From sequence record PZ445488.1: a DNA stretch of 64,000 bases. One strand, given 5' to 3'. The notes under the pieces are model-generated. The model ran no database searches, was not told where the DNA came from, and saw only the letters and a list, made by a program, of their open reading frames with translations. Made by a program: the position numbers and the translations under genes. Positions 46,985 through 56,194 of the stretch are shown here, piece after piece (position 1 is the first letter of the stretch; each line of letters starts with the position of its first letter). The DNA is from a phage.

Positions 46985-47267
46985 TAGCCTGACGAGTAGT
47001 AACCCACTGGATTTTAATTAACTTGTCATTATATGGTTGTCGTAGAATATCCCGAGATTTCTTAATAGCATATTCGTAAGCTTCGAAGTTGTTTTGAATT
47101 GCTGCTTCTTGAGCATGAGCATAAAGACGGTTTAGTTCAAAACGATTCTTTTTAAGAATCTTTTCGGATTTTTTACGTGCTTCAGCTTCATTTTTCTTTT
47201 GGATTTCTTGTAGCATTTTAGCTACTGCATCTTCTGCTTCTTTATTTTCAATAATCTCGGTAGTCAT
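46944..47267 (-). CDS. hypothetical protein (107 aa)
   Basis: Track ORF, operon strand. Confidence 0.4.
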   Translation of the reverse strand: MTTEIIENKEAEDAVAKMLQEIQKKNEAEARKKSEKILKKNRFELNRLYAHAQEAAIQNNFEAYEYAIKKSRDILRQPYNDKLIKIQWVTTRQAIEDIINGASSNKV

Positions 47268-47268
47268 A

Positions 47269-47478
47269 TTATCTCATTAAATTAAAATAAAAACGTCCAT
47301 CCTCTTCAATACAGAACTCATACTCAACCGGAGTCCCATTTATCGAAAATGACACGTCATGTGGGTTCAAAGGGTCGATGTCAAAATTAATTTTAAATTC
47401 ACGACCCAACAGTTTTACCAAATAAGGGATTGCTTCGTCAAAAGGTTCTTCTAAGTAGTTAGAGATGTCAATTGTCAT
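47269..47478 (-). CDS. hypothetical protein (about 69 aa)
   Basis: Track ORF 47269-47562 trimmed to an internal Met to limit overlap with gene 55. Confidence 0.35.
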   Translation of the reverse strand: MTIDISNYLEEPFDEAIPYLVKLLGREFKINFDIDPLNPHDVSFSINGTPVEYEFCIEEDGRFYFNLMR

Positions 47479-48025
47479 CCTCATATAAAAAATCCAAACT
47501 AGGCGAATCGCTAACAACTTCCTTCTTTTCAGCCCCAGGAGCTTTATAAGCGGATTCTTCATAATGCGTCATTTTATCGTAGATGTCTTGAATAAACGTT
47601 TCATCTACCAACGCTACCATATCATCGTCATGACTGTCGTAGACATTATGAACGAAGTAACTATATTTCTTTGCAACTTCCTTACGTTCTTTTTTGATAC
47701 GTTGGACAAAAGCATTAAAACAAGCTCGAGTTATGTATGCATGTGGGTTATTGTACTTAGTTTCGTCGAAATTATGAAGTCCCTTAATAGAGGCTTCAAT
47801 CCCATCTGCAATCATCTCCTGCTTCCAAGACTGGGTATATCCTGAAAAGTTGAAACGTTTGGACAGGCCTTCGGCAATAAGCATAATTGCTAAACCGATG
47901 GTATCATTCTGACGAATAATTTTGTTTGGGTCTTTATTATTTAAGAGCTCCTTTTTCCACTCGATTATAGCGGCGAGAAGCTCTTTATTATTCACATAGT
48001 TATTTTTAGGTTTTTGTTCAGTCAT
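47468..48025 (-). CDS. 55: late-transcription sigma factor
   Basis: 185 aa from [17 protein letters not shown]...; [59 protein letters not shown] matches recalled T4 gp55. Confidence 0.85.
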   Translation of the reverse strand: MTEQKPKNNYVNNKELLAAIIEWKKELLNNKDPNKIIRQNDTIGLAIMLIAEGLSKRFNFSGYTQSWKQEMIADGIEASIKGLHNFDETKYNNPHAYITRACFNAFVQRIKKERKEVAKKYSYFVHNVYDSHDDDMVALVDETFIQDIYDKMTHYEESAYKAPGAEKKEVVSDSPSLDFLYEDDN

Positions 48026-48046
48026 AAGTACCTCTTGGCTCAATTC

Positions 48047-48090
48047 ATAGGTCTATTATATCATAATATTTAGAGACCTATCTTAAAGCA
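48047..48090 (-). promoter_or_regulatory. stem-loop element with MotA-box-like motif upstream of gene 55
   Basis: ataggtct...agacctat hairpin (PeSL type-1 core) and minus-strand TGCTTTA. Confidence 0.35.
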
Positions 48091-48097
48091 CGAGATA

Positions 48098-48367
48098 CTA
48101 TCGGAGCAAACAATAAGCCTGAAACACTTTTTCCATTAAACGTTTGAACTCATGTATATCAATATAAAGCTCAGTAAGACCGGCATTATAAAGAAAATCT
48201 AAAAAGTTCTCATGTGTTTCGTTATAGTCGCCTTCATTTAATTGAGATACATGAGTTTCCCAAAAACCAACACCTTTAACGAATGGAAAATACGTGACTT
48301 TCATGTATTCGTCAACATAAAATTCGCCCAGCTTTTCTTCAGTTATACTGATTCGAGTTAATTTCAT
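48098..48367 (-). CDS. hypothetical protein (89 aa)
   Basis: Track ORF, operon strand. Confidence 0.4.
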   Translation of the reverse strand: MKLTRISITEEKLGEFYVDEYMKVTYFPFVKGVGFWETHVSQLNEGDYNETHENFLDFLYNAGLTELYIDIHEFKRLMEKVFQAYCLLR

Positions 48368-48591
48368 TCTAGTTCCTTTGCTGCTTCAAGAGCAGCATCA
48401 AGCGAATCAAATTGGTCAACGAAATCAATATTCAACGCATCGTCAACCGTAGCATATAGCCACCATTGTTTAAATTCATATTCTAGAATAAATCCAGGAC
48501 CTTCGATCTGAGGAAGACCTAGACTATTTGTACCAACTTCGTAACCAGCTAGACGCAGATCATTAATCAAAGTTTCTGTTAGTACGCTCAT
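48364..48591 (-). CDS. hypothetical protein (75 aa)
   Basis: Track ORF with 4-nt overlap to neighbour. Confidence 0.4.
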   Translation of the reverse strand: MSVLTETLINDLRLAGYEVGTNSLGLPQIEGPGFILEYEFKQWWLYATVDDALNIDFVDQFDSLDAALEAAKELE

Positions 48592-48920
48592 TTTACCGCC
48601 TTAACAATTTTCAAGTCAGCGAATTTTTTCTTACGTTGATTTTTCATACGACGGATAGTTTTTTCAGAGATTTCATGTTTCTGATAAGCTTTAGATTCAA
48701 CACCAAATGCAGCAACGTCAAATTCAGAAAGAATATATTGTACTAGAATTTCGCGAATAGAATTACGTCCAATTTTCTGGTCGTGTTTTTGCATGATTTC
48801 ATAAAGACGGAATTCCCACGCGTCAAGAACTTGAGGAGTAACAATACCACCTTTTTCTAGAAGACTAACAACTTTATCGAAAGCGAAAGAGTTCACTACG
48901 TTTTTGATTTTAGTAGACAT
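48588..48920 (-). CDS. hypothetical protein (about 110 aa)
   Basis: Track ORF 48588-48959 trimmed to Met 48920 (AGAGGAAAA RBS) because the first ATG lies inside the promoter -10. Confidence 0.4.
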   Translation of the reverse strand: MSTKIKNVVNSFAFDKVVSLLEKGGIVTPQVLDAWEFRLYEIMQKHDQKIGRNSIREILVQYILSEFDVAAFGVESKAYQKHEISEKTIRRMKNQRKKKFADLKIVKAVK

Positions 48921-48951
48921 ATTATTTTCCTCTGTTATTTTATTATCCAAC

Positions 48952-48986
48952 GAGAGCATTATACTCTGCTCTCAAGAGTTTGTGCG
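48952..48986 (-). promoter_or_regulatory. early promoter (copy of the ndd promoter)
   Basis: gagagcattatactctgctctcaagagtttgtgcg, near-identical to 4043-4078. Confidence 0.45.
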
Positions 48987-49226
48987 TTATTTCGTGATAA
49001 GATAATGTAAATAGTTTGCTTGACGAACACTGATATCAACACCCATATCAAAGATACCTTTATAGAACGGGTATTTGTTTTCAGTAGAATCTAGACTAAA
49101 AGCCTTTCCGCCACAACTAACGGTAATAGCATCAGTTAAAGTGTCATATGCAAACTTAATAGTTGAGCCGTTCACTACGACTTCAAGACGTTTTTTCGAT
49201 GTAATAATGTCTAATTCTTGTTCCAT
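48987..49226 (-). CDS. hypothetical protein (79 aa)
   Basis: Track ORF, operon strand. Confidence 0.4.
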   Translation of the reverse strand: MEQELDIITSKKRLEVVVNGSTIKFAYDTLTDAITVSCGGKAFSLDSTENKYPFYKGIFDMGVDISVRQANYLHYLITK

Positions 49227-49286
49227 GATATTTTCCTCATTTTAAGACGATAGGAAGATAACACTTCTTCCTACCATCGTAAACTA

Positions 49287-49499
49287 TTAACCGAACTTTT
49301 TAGCGCCTTTCCAGCCTTCGTACATAATTGCGCAAGTCAATAGCACAGCATGTTGGCATTCTTTGTATTTGTAAATCCAGAACCAGCGTAAAAAGTCTTC
49401 ATCCTCAACACCGTTGAGTTTCATATTGGCAAAGAATTCGGCACGTTCTTCACGAAGTTGCCATGACACAATATTTTCAGGATTCATTTTGTGTTCCAC
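49287..49499 (-). CDS. hypothetical protein (70 aa)
   Basis: Track ORF, operon strand. Confidence 0.4.
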   Translation of the reverse strand: MEHKMNPENIVSWQLREERAEFFANMKLNGVEDEDFLRWFWIYKYKECQHAVLLTCAIMYEGWKGAKKFG

Positions 49500-49711
49500 G
49501 CCCCATTTTCATCGATGAACTTAATCCAGTCATTTACAGACCATTTAGTTGTATCACCCTTTGGATTAACATTTAAAGTATATAATCCCTGCTTAAAAAG
49601 CATTCGTTTGATATTCATAATTTCCTCAACTGTAACGATAACATTCGTTAGCTTTACGTTTGGCTTCAGTATGAGAAGTATTATAATCATACTCTTCTTT
49701 ACTGTAAACAT
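49484..49711 (-). CDS. hypothetical protein (up to 75 aa; start uncertain)
   Basis: Track ORF; 5' part overlaps the upstream ORF in another frame. Confidence 0.3.
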   Translation of the reverse strand: MFTVKKSMIIILLILKPNVKLTNVIVTVEEIMNIKRMLFKQGLYTLNVNPKGDTTKWSVNDWIKFIDENGAWNTK

Positions 49712-49949
49712 CTTTTTTCAACTTACGAACCTCTTTGCGGAGTTGTCGATTCATTTCATTCTTGACTTCAGAATCAACACCTTTCATACGTTTCCATTTA
49801 TCTGAGCGGAAGATGTTTTCAACCATGTCTTTGTGGCTAACACCGTCAGGAGCTTTACGCTTACCAAAATAGTCGTAATCGCGAACTTTCAAATCTTTAC
49901 GACGATATGTTTTACCCATAAGTACCTCAGAGGTTGATTGATACGACAC
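49626..49949 (-). CDS. hypothetical basic protein (107 aa)
   Basis: Track ORF, Lys/Arg-rich. Confidence 0.4.
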   Translation of the reverse strand: MSYQSTSEVLMGKTYRRKDLKVRDYDYFGKRKAPDGVSHKDMVENIFRSDKWKRMKGVDSEVKNEMNRQLRKEVRKLKKDVYSKEEYDYNTSHTEAKRKANECYRYS

Positions 49950-50175
49950 GTTTGATAAAATTCACTTCACTTACTGAAAGGTCTTTGAGACCGATTGATT
50001 CTAAACGCTGAGTAAGCGTCAACATCGGGATATAATCCCATTGTGTTTTAGTCGTTTGATAAGTACGGACGCCATTAGCAATTTCAACATGTAAATCGGA
50101 AATGGTAATGAATACCAGTCGCTCGTCATTAACTTTAAGGGTTAGAACAACTTTCTTTGAATCTAAACTAATCAT
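49927..50175 (-). CDS. hypothetical protein (82 aa)
   Basis: Track ORF, operon strand. Confidence 0.4.
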   Translation of the reverse strand: MISLDSKKVVLTLKVNDERLVFITISDLHVEIANGVRTYQTTKTQWDYIPMLTLTQRLESIGLKDLSVSEVNFIKRVVSINL

Positions 50176-50474
50176 GGCTTAATTTCCTTCGCAATTGAAC
50201 AGAAGATACCACGGTCACAAAGCATTTCACCAATTTCTGGATATTTGATTGAACGGTACCAAACATCCAGGCTTGAAACTCTGGTTATCTGTACTGCATT
50301 ACCGTTGACAGAATAATACTGGTCAACCTTAATTTCTTTATCTTCAATTGTCATTTTATTTTCCTCTATAGTAGATGGTTTAATCTTAACACATCTATTG
50401 AGGATGTAAACTGTTTTATGAAAATATTTTTGATTTGAGAGGGGCACAAGGAGATAGTGAAGTGAGGATTCCAA
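50172..50474 (-). CDS. hypothetical protein (100 aa)
   Basis: Track ORF, operon strand. Confidence 0.4.
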   Translation of the reverse strand: MESSLHYLLVPLSNQKYFHKTVYILNRCVKIKPSTIEENKMTIEDKEIKVDQYYSVNGNAVQITRVSSLDVWYRSIKYPEIGEMLCDRGIFCSIAKEIKP

Positions 50475-50489
50475 TAGATTATATTAGAA

Positions 50490-50521
50490 ATGGGATAAAG
50501 AAGACCAGGCGGCACCTGGTC
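50490..50521 (-). terminator. stem-loop terminator downstream of the nrdH-like gene
   Basis: gaccagg-cggca-cctggtc hairpin followed by UUCUUUAUCCC on the minus-strand RNA. Confidence 0.4.
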
Positions 50522-50843
50522 AATCTTCTATGATATCAGAGTCGTATCCTAATGAAATCAAGGACTTTTTAAACTCTGCAATATTCTTTTGTTTCTTATC
50601 ATTTAAAAATATGACAGGATAACGAATATTAAGTGAAGTGAATCCTGCACGTTTAGCAAGAGATACGATTAAAGGACGATCATATTCAATCTTACCATTA
50701 TTAGTGAGGACTTTATAAAATGTATAAGGAGCATTGAGCTCCTTTAAAAGTTTTGTAACAGTATAACATCCTGGACAACGACCTACTTCTTCAGGGATGC
50801 CATAAATTTCAATCTTGTTCTTTAAGTTCGAGTTTTGTTCCAC
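50520..50843 (-). CDS. nrdH: glutaredoxin-like protein (NrdH-like)
   Basis: CPGC redox motif; likely GTG start at 50843 with AAGGAA RBS (about 107 aa); the longer track ORF 50520-50972 overlaps the upstream gene. Confidence 0.5.
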   Translation of the reverse strand: MEQNSNLKNKIEIYGIPEEVGRCPGCYTVTKLLKELNAPYTFYKVLTNNGKIEYDRPLIVSLAKRAGFTSLNIRYPVIFLNDKKQKNIAEFKKSLISLGYDSDIIED

Positions 50844-51126
50844 GAGAAATAATTCCTTGATAAGCCCAATAAGGAGGATTAACAGAATCATCACCAGAGT
50901 TTTCTTCAGGAAAATAAACCTGGATAACAAATCCAGATGCATCAAATGTAAAATAAACTGTAGGCAGTTCACCTAACAATTCGACACGAGCATTAATTTC
51001 TTCGAGATCTCGTTCGCGTTCAGCCCAAAAACTAGGATTTAGATTACATTCGTAAAAATAATAGTCATTACCGAACATATCAAACCCATTCCAACTCTCT
51101 ACCACGTACCGCTCAAAACTAATCAT
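50809..51126 (-). CDS. hypothetical protein (105 aa)
   Basis: Track ORF, operon strand. Confidence 0.4.
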   Translation of the reverse strand: MISFERYVVESWNGFDMFGNDYYFYECNLNPSFWAERERDLEEINARVELLGELPTVYFTFDASGFVIQVYFPEENSGDDSVNPPYWAYQGIISRGTKLELKEQD

Positions 51127-51128
51127 AA

Positions 51129-51344
51129 TTAAGCCTTTTTATCAAGAACAGAATTCAGTCTGTTAGTAATTTTATCCAGACGCTCATTGAACTCATTAGA
51201 AGATAAGCCCTTTTCTGGAGAAATTAAACTAATCACGAAAAATACACCAGTAAAAGGAATAAGAAAAATAGCTCCAACTGCCATAAACAAAAAGAACGTT
51301 ACAGTTGTAAGAAAATCAGCTAAACCTTTACGAAATTTATACAT
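51129..51344 (-). CDS. small membrane protein (71 aa)
   Basis: One long hydrophobic segment TTVTFFLFMAVGAIFLIPFTGVFFVISLI. Confidence 0.4.
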   Translation of the reverse strand: MYKFRKGLADFLTTVTFFLFMAVGAIFLIPFTGVFFVISLISPEKGLSSNEFNERLDKITNRLNSVLDKKA

Positions 51345-51458
51345 ATTTACCCTTAATTAATTAACCAAGCATTGATAAGCACTAAACCATATTGCGAATA
51401 AAATTCTGGACCAAAATGAAAAATCATATCATTTATAGTATCCATAATGTAATTCAAT

Positions 51459-51929
51459 TTAATCATGTTTCCACACCCCATCGGTATTTGACCAAAGTCG
51501 CTGATTATCTGATCCTCGCCACAGCTTTTTGGTCGGAAGATTTTTCTCATACTTCCCATCAATAATAACATCAACATATTTAAGCATTTCTAGCTGTTTA
51601 ATATCTTCAAACTTATATCCTGTCCACAACCAAATGCTTTTATTGGGATAAAGATTTTTTACTGTTTGAACAATGTAATGAATAACATCTCGGTTATCAG
51701 GATAGAGAGGGTCTCCTCCGGTTATAGTTAATCCTTCTATATAATCATTATTCAAACATTCAATTAATTGTTCTAGTGTTTCACCAGTGAATGGAATACC
51801 ATTTCTAGCGTTCCATGTTGATTTATTATAACACCCTTCGCATTTATGCAAACAACCTGTAACGAAAAGAACGACCCTACAACCAGGGCCATTCACAAAA
51901 TCGCAAGGATAAAATCTATCATAATTCAT
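51459..51929 (-). CDS. nrdG: anaerobic ribonucleotide reductase activating protein (radical SAM)
   Basis: 156 aa (T4 NrdG 156 aa); CLHKCEGC = CxxxCxxC cluster. Confidence 0.8.
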   Translation of the reverse strand: MNYDRFYPCDFVNGPGCRVVLFVTGCLHKCEGCYNKSTWNARNGIPFTGETLEQLIECLNNDYIEGLTITGGDPLYPDNRDVIHYIVQTVKNLYPNKSIWLWTGYKFEDIKQLEMLKYVDVIIDGKYEKNLPTKKLWRGSDNQRLWSNTDGVWKHD

Positions 51930-53743
51930 TGGTGTTTAACCCTATGCATGATTTCTTTATTTTTACCGAGATTAAATCCGCGTTCGTTCGGATTTCCAAG
52001 ATAACCGCATGTTCTTCTTATGGTGTTCATCTTTTTAGGATCAGTTTCTCCACAAACTGAACAAACAAATCCGTTTTCAGTAGGAGTCATTTCATGGGTA
52101 CTTCCACACGTAAAACATTTATCTACTGGCATATTAACACCAAAATAATCTAAATGTTGTGCAGCATAATCCCACACAGCCTCAAGACCTTTTAGGTTAT
52201 TTTTCATATCAGGAAGTTCAACATAAGAAATGTGACCACCTGTCGCAATGAAATGATATGGCGCTTCACGAGAAATCTTTTCAAACGGAGTAATATTTTC
52301 TTCTACTGAAACATGGAAACTATTAGTGTACCAGCCTTTATCAGTGACATCCTTTACACTTCCATATTTTTCTGTATCAAGTTTACAGAAACGATAACAC
52401 AAGTTTTCAGCAGGAGTAGAATATAAACTAAAAGCAAATCCAGTTCTTTCAGTCCACTGTTTAAGATGAGCATTCATTTTAGTTAAAATTTCTTGTCCAA
52501 TATCACGACCAACAAGAATATTCAATTCATGAATACCAATATATCCTAAAGACACTGAACTTCTACCGTTTTTAAATAACTCAATTATATCATCGTCGGG
52601 TTTAAGACGAACACCAAATGCACCTTCTTGGTAAAGAATAGGAGCAACAGTAGCTTTAACTCCTTTTAAGGAACTAATTCTACACATCAAGGCTTCAAAG
52701 CACAGATCCATTCGTTCATTAAATAACTCAACAAATTTCTGTTCATTGAACTGTGTTCCAATATAAGAATCTAACGCGATGCGAGGAAGATTCAGTGTTA
52801 CAACACCGAGATTATTACGTCCATCAAGAATTTCATTACCAGTCGAATCTTTCCATACACTCAAGAAACTACGGCAGCCCATTGGAGAAACAGGAATAGA
52901 TGAGCCGGTGATAGCTTTATTATTCTTAACAGAAATAATGTCAGGATACATTCTTTTGCTTGCACACTCTAGAGCGAGTTGCTTAATATCATAGTTCGGA
53001 TCGTCTTTATAAAGATTAACACCCTCTTCGACAAACATAACAAGTTTAGGGAAAATAGGAGTTATTCCATCACGACCAAGACCTTTAATCCGATTTTTCA
53101 GAATTGCTTTCTGAATCATTCGTTCGGTCCAATCAGTTCCAGTACCAAATGTAATTGTTACAAAAGGCGTTTGCCCGTTTGAACTAAAAAGAGTATTTAC
53201 CTCATACTCATAAGCTTGAAATGCGTCATATACATCTTTTTCTGTTTTAGATTGAGCATAATTCAGAATGTCTGGTATTTGCCATTTTTCTGCATCTTCA
53301 ACATGTTTAGCGTATGTACGTTTAACATAAGGAGAAAGAACTTTATCGACATTCGCAAATGTAGTTCCGCCGTACTGATGTGAAGCAACTTGTGCAGTAA
53401 TTTGTGCCATAATTGCAGTAGCAACACCAATCGATTTAGGCGTTTCAATTTGAGCATTGCCCAATTTAAATCCGTTCTCAAGCATCCCCTTTAAATCGAC
53501 TAAACAGCAATTGGTAAACGGAAGAGCAGGAGAATAATCAATATCATGCATGTGGATAATTCCACTTTCATGCGCATTCATAATAAAAGACGGGACCATA
53601 TTTTTGGCAATGTGCTTAGACACAATACCAGCCATAAGGTCCCGTTGAGTTGGAAAAACACGAGAATCTTTATTAGCATTCTCGTTCAAAAGATCTTTAT
53701 TAGTTTTATAAATTAATCCTTCAATTTCTTTTTCAATTTTCAT
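51926..53743 (-). CDS. nrdD: anaerobic ribonucleoside-triphosphate reductase
   Basis: 605 aa, uninterrupted; C-terminal glycyl-radical motif RRTCGYLG and CxxC zinc site. Confidence 0.85.
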   Translation of the reverse strand: MKIEKEIEGLIYKTNKDLLNENANKDSRVFPTQRDLMAGIVSKHIAKNMVPSFIMNAHESGIIHMHDIDYSPALPFTNCCLVDLKGMLENGFKLGNAQIETPKSIGVATAIMAQITAQVASHQYGGTTFANVDKVLSPYVKRTYAKHVEDAEKWQIPDILNYAQSKTEKDVYDAFQAYEYEVNTLFSSNGQTPFVTITFGTGTDWTERMIQKAILKNRIKGLGRDGITPIFPKLVMFVEEGVNLYKDDPNYDIKQLALECASKRMYPDIISVKNNKAITGSSIPVSPMGCRSFLSVWKDSTGNEILDGRNNLGVVTLNLPRIALDSYIGTQFNEQKFVELFNERMDLCFEALMCRISSLKGVKATVAPILYQEGAFGVRLKPDDDIIELFKNGRSSVSLGYIGIHELNILVGRDIGQEILTKMNAHLKQWTERTGFAFSLYSTPAENLCYRFCKLDTEKYGSVKDVTDKGWYTNSFHVSVEENITPFEKISREAPYHFIATGGHISYVELPDMKNNLKGLEAVWDYAAQHLDYFGVNMPVDKCFTCGSTHEMTPTENGFVCSVCGETDPKKMNTIRRTCGYLGNPNERGFNLGKNKEIMHRVKHQ

Positions 53744-54213
53744 TTTAAACTCTTTCTAAGCTGCTTTTTGAATGAAGCTATTAATTGTGTTTTAGTATCA
53801 GATTCATTATATTCAAATCCTCTTTGAAGCATCTCAGTCATCATTTCCTCTTTACCTAGTCTTGAGAACTCTTTAGTTTTGTCTGGAACAAAATTAGGAT
53901 GGATATTATTATCAGAATAATCTTGTTTCAAATAAGCAAGAAGAGCTTCAAGCCATTCGAGGTAGTCGACATCACGACCTTTAAGACCAGAACGGTTGAA
54001 CTTATGCTTCATTTGGCCTTCTGCTGCGTTGCACAGATTACAGAGTAATCCACGAACTCTACCGGCTTTTGGCCCGTTTAACTCGTGGTCGTGGTCAAGA
54101 TGGTTACCTTGAACATCAGGGTCTAATTCACGGTGGCAAATAGGACACTTACCGTTCTGTGCATCATAAAATTTTTGTTTTTCTTCTTTATATTTTGCGC
54201 CTGATAATAACAT
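53740..54213 (-). CDS. 49: endonuclease VII (Holliday junction resolvase)
   Basis: 157 aa (T4 EndoVII 157 aa); CPICHREL...HLDHDH His-Me finger; TATAAATA late promoter 30 nt upstream. Confidence 0.8.
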   Translation of the reverse strand: MLLSGAKYKEEKQKFYDAQNGKCPICHRELDPDVQGNHLDHDHELNGPKAGRVRGLLCNLCNAAEGQMKHKFNRSGLKGRDVDYLEWLEALLAYLKQDYSDNNIHPNFVPDKTKEFSRLGKEEMMTEMLQRGFEYNESDTKTQLIASFKKQLRKSLK

Positions 54214-54242
54214 GATAAACCCTTACCTTAAATAGATAAGGG

Positions 54243-54250
54243 TATTTATA
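54243..54250 (-). promoter_or_regulatory. T4-type late promoter TATAAATA for gene 49
   Basis: Plus tatttata = minus TATAAATA, 30 nt upstream of the ATG. Confidence 0.6.
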
Positions 54251-54252
54251 AT

Positions 54253-54450
54253 TTAGTAAATGTTATAAAAGTTACGATGAGAACGTTTAGCTTTGCGAAG
54301 CTGACGTTTAGTAGGACGAACTGTAAATGGTTGTCCAGAGAAAAAATTCGGATCGGTTTTAATAAGCAAATACCAATCACGCTTGCCATTTTTTAATAAA
54401 CGGTACAATAATTTAACTTGCATAATAATCTCTTCCCATTTCCATATCAA
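54253..54450 (-). CDS. hypothetical protein (65 aa)
   Basis: Track ORF, operon strand. Confidence 0.35.
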   Translation of the reverse strand: MIWKWEEIIMQVKLLYRLLKNGKRDWYLLIKTDPNFFSGQPFTVRPTKRQLRKAKRSHRNFYNIY

Positions 54451-54551
54451 TTAATTCATTTATTGAAGGTTCATCATAACATGGTTCTTCGTCGTTGTAA
54501 ACCGTTTCGACGTCTGGCTCGACAGTCTCCCATCGAGCCGAATACCATGGT

Positions 54552-54908
54552 TTAACCCCGGAGTTTATTGAGCTCTTCATAATCAATCCAGGATTCTAGC
54601 CCTGATGGCAGGTCACATTCAATGTTCCACAGAAGCTCTTCAATGGCTTGCAGGCGATTATATTCTTCAACGGTAATGGTAACCATTGGTGCAACCGGTT
54701 CTGCCTTTTTAACCATCATGTCGTTCATCAGGACGTAAAGGTCATCACGAACGACAGTGTCGTTCCAACCCCATGATTTGGCTTCGTAAGCTAATGATGA
54801 AGGGAGCACATTTAAAACTTCAATAATAGTTGGAGCATCAGGACCAAGTTCATTGGCACAAACTTCGTATACATCTTGGAAATCTTTAAGATTTAATGAA
54901 TATGTCAT
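54552..54908 (-). CDS. hypothetical protein (118 aa)
   Basis: Track ORF, operon strand. Confidence 0.4.
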   Translation of the reverse strand: MTYSLNLKDFQDVYEVCANELGPDAPTIIEVLNVLPSSLAYEAKSWGWNDTVVRDDLYVLMNDMMVKKAEPVAPMVTITVEEYNRLQAIEELLWNIECDLPSGLESWIDYEELNKLRG

Positions 54909-54926
54909 TTAAAATATTCTCGCAGT

Positions 54927-55223
54927 TTATTGTTCTACCCAGGCACAGGAAACTTCGAAATCAGGACCACCGTATTCCCAGTGATATTCACCAACAGGAA
55001 TCCAGTCACCGTGCTCGTTTTCTTCATAGTCCTCAGCCTCAAGGCCAACGAATCGCCATTGGACACCGATGATTCGATTACCCATTAATATATGAAATTC
55101 ACCCCATGGATTATCGATAGCATATTGGATATCGTTCTTAGCACGAGAACACATTTCTTGATATAACAAAGCTTCTAATTCGCCCTGATCATAAGGGCCC
55201 GGGAAAGTTAAATCAATACTCAT
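54927..55223 (-). CDS. hypothetical protein (98 aa)
   Basis: Track ORF, operon strand. Confidence 0.4.
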   Translation of the reverse strand: MSIDLTFPGPYDQGELEALLYQEMCSRAKNDIQYAIDNPWGEFHILMGNRIIGVQWRFVGLEAEDYEENEHGDWIPVGEYHWEYGGPDFEVSCAWVEQ

Positions 55224-55483
55224 TTAAAATATTCTCGTAGTTGGTCAAATCCACCAATATGACTTCCATCAGGAGCAAATACTTGAGGCATAGTCAATCC
55301 AACTTGTGATTCACGTCCAAGCTTAACCAGAAGCTCAGCAATTTTCTCATCATCAAAAACACCTTTTTCTGGCATAACATTAATGAATTCGAATGGCTGT
55401 TTCTTAACAGTCAGCAATCGTTTCGCATTATCACAATAAATGCATTTATGAATAGTAGAGTCATACCCGTACACTTTAAACAT
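55220..55483 (-). CDS. nrdC: thioredoxin/glutaredoxin NrdC
   Basis: 87 aa from MFKVYGYDS...; CIYC redox motif; matches recalled T4 NrdC. Confidence 0.7.
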   Translation of the reverse strand: MFKVYGYDSTIHKCIYCDNAKRLLTVKKQPFEFINVMPEKGVFDDEKIAELLVKLGRESQVGLTMPQVFAPDGSHIGGFDQLREYFK

Positions 55484-55889
55484 TATTTTTCCTTTCATCG
55501 ATTAAATATGCAATGCCAAATACAATACATGTAATAAAACCTGTGATACAGATAGAAACCAACAACACTGTACCAAAGAACCAAATCAAGTTATTTTTAG
55601 TAGTTTGTTTGATATCCATCTCACGAATTTCTATAGCTATCGTATCACCTTTATTCAGAAGCGTATAAAACGACGGTGATACACGCCTGTCAAAAACTCG
55701 TCCTTGCTCATCTTTATAGACTGCAATAAATTCTAATTTAGAATATTTTCCTGTAGATTGGCCTGAGATTAATTCCACTACCTCCACAGGAATTACTTTA
55801 GTTTCCATGTAAGTATTCTGACTGTTCCAAATGAATGGAATAATGGCAAAAACTAAAGCTGCGATAAAACAACGAAGGCTATATCTCAT
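55476..55889 (-). CDS. membrane protein (137 aa)
   Basis: N- and C-terminal hydrophobic helices. Confidence 0.4.
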   Translation of the reverse strand: MRYSLRCFIAALVFAIIPFIWNSQNTYMETKVIPVEVVELISGQSTGKYSKLEFIAVYKDEQGRVFDRRVSPSFYTLLNKGDTIAIEIREMDIKQTTKNNLIWFFGTVLLVSICITGFITCIVFGIAYLIDERKNNV

Positions 55890-56194
55890 TATAATATTCT
55901 CTCAAATTTGTGGAAGCATTTACGGCATTTCAATTTCAAGTTATCAGTGGTCCAGTTAACCAGTTGGACTTGGATAGTTCCACATTCCGGGCATGGATGT
56001 TTTGCTGCTGATTTGGCAGCATTTTCACGTCGTTCAACCATTTTCATTATTTCGTTCCATGCCGGAGGAACGAACTCTTCTTCACCGTGGATTTTATCTC
56101 GCTGAACAAATTCAATCTTTGAACTATCGTCAATAAACTTAACCAAGCAGTGGTTAGTGTTCATATCAATATCCTCTAAAAGACGTAGTTTCAT
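55889..56194 (-). CDS. zinc-ribbon protein (101 aa)
   Basis: C-terminal CPECG...CRKC. Confidence 0.4.
   Translation of the reverse strand: MKLRLLEDIDMNTNHCLVKFIDDSSKIEFVQRDKIHGEEEFVPPAWNEIMKMVERRENAAKSAAKHPCPECGTIQVQLVNWTTDNLKLKCRKCFHKFERIL

Noticed and set aside
51353-51577. 74-aa track ORF overlapping the 3' end of nrdG
   Set aside because: Mostly out-of-frame overlap with a well-supported gene; at most a 37-aa remnant would be independent.
51926-53743. Possible group I intron or intein in nrdD, gene 43 or other genes that carry them in T4 relatives
   Set aside because: nrdD (605 aa) and gene 43 (903 aa) are continuous full-length frames matching T4 protein lengths; no insertion seen.
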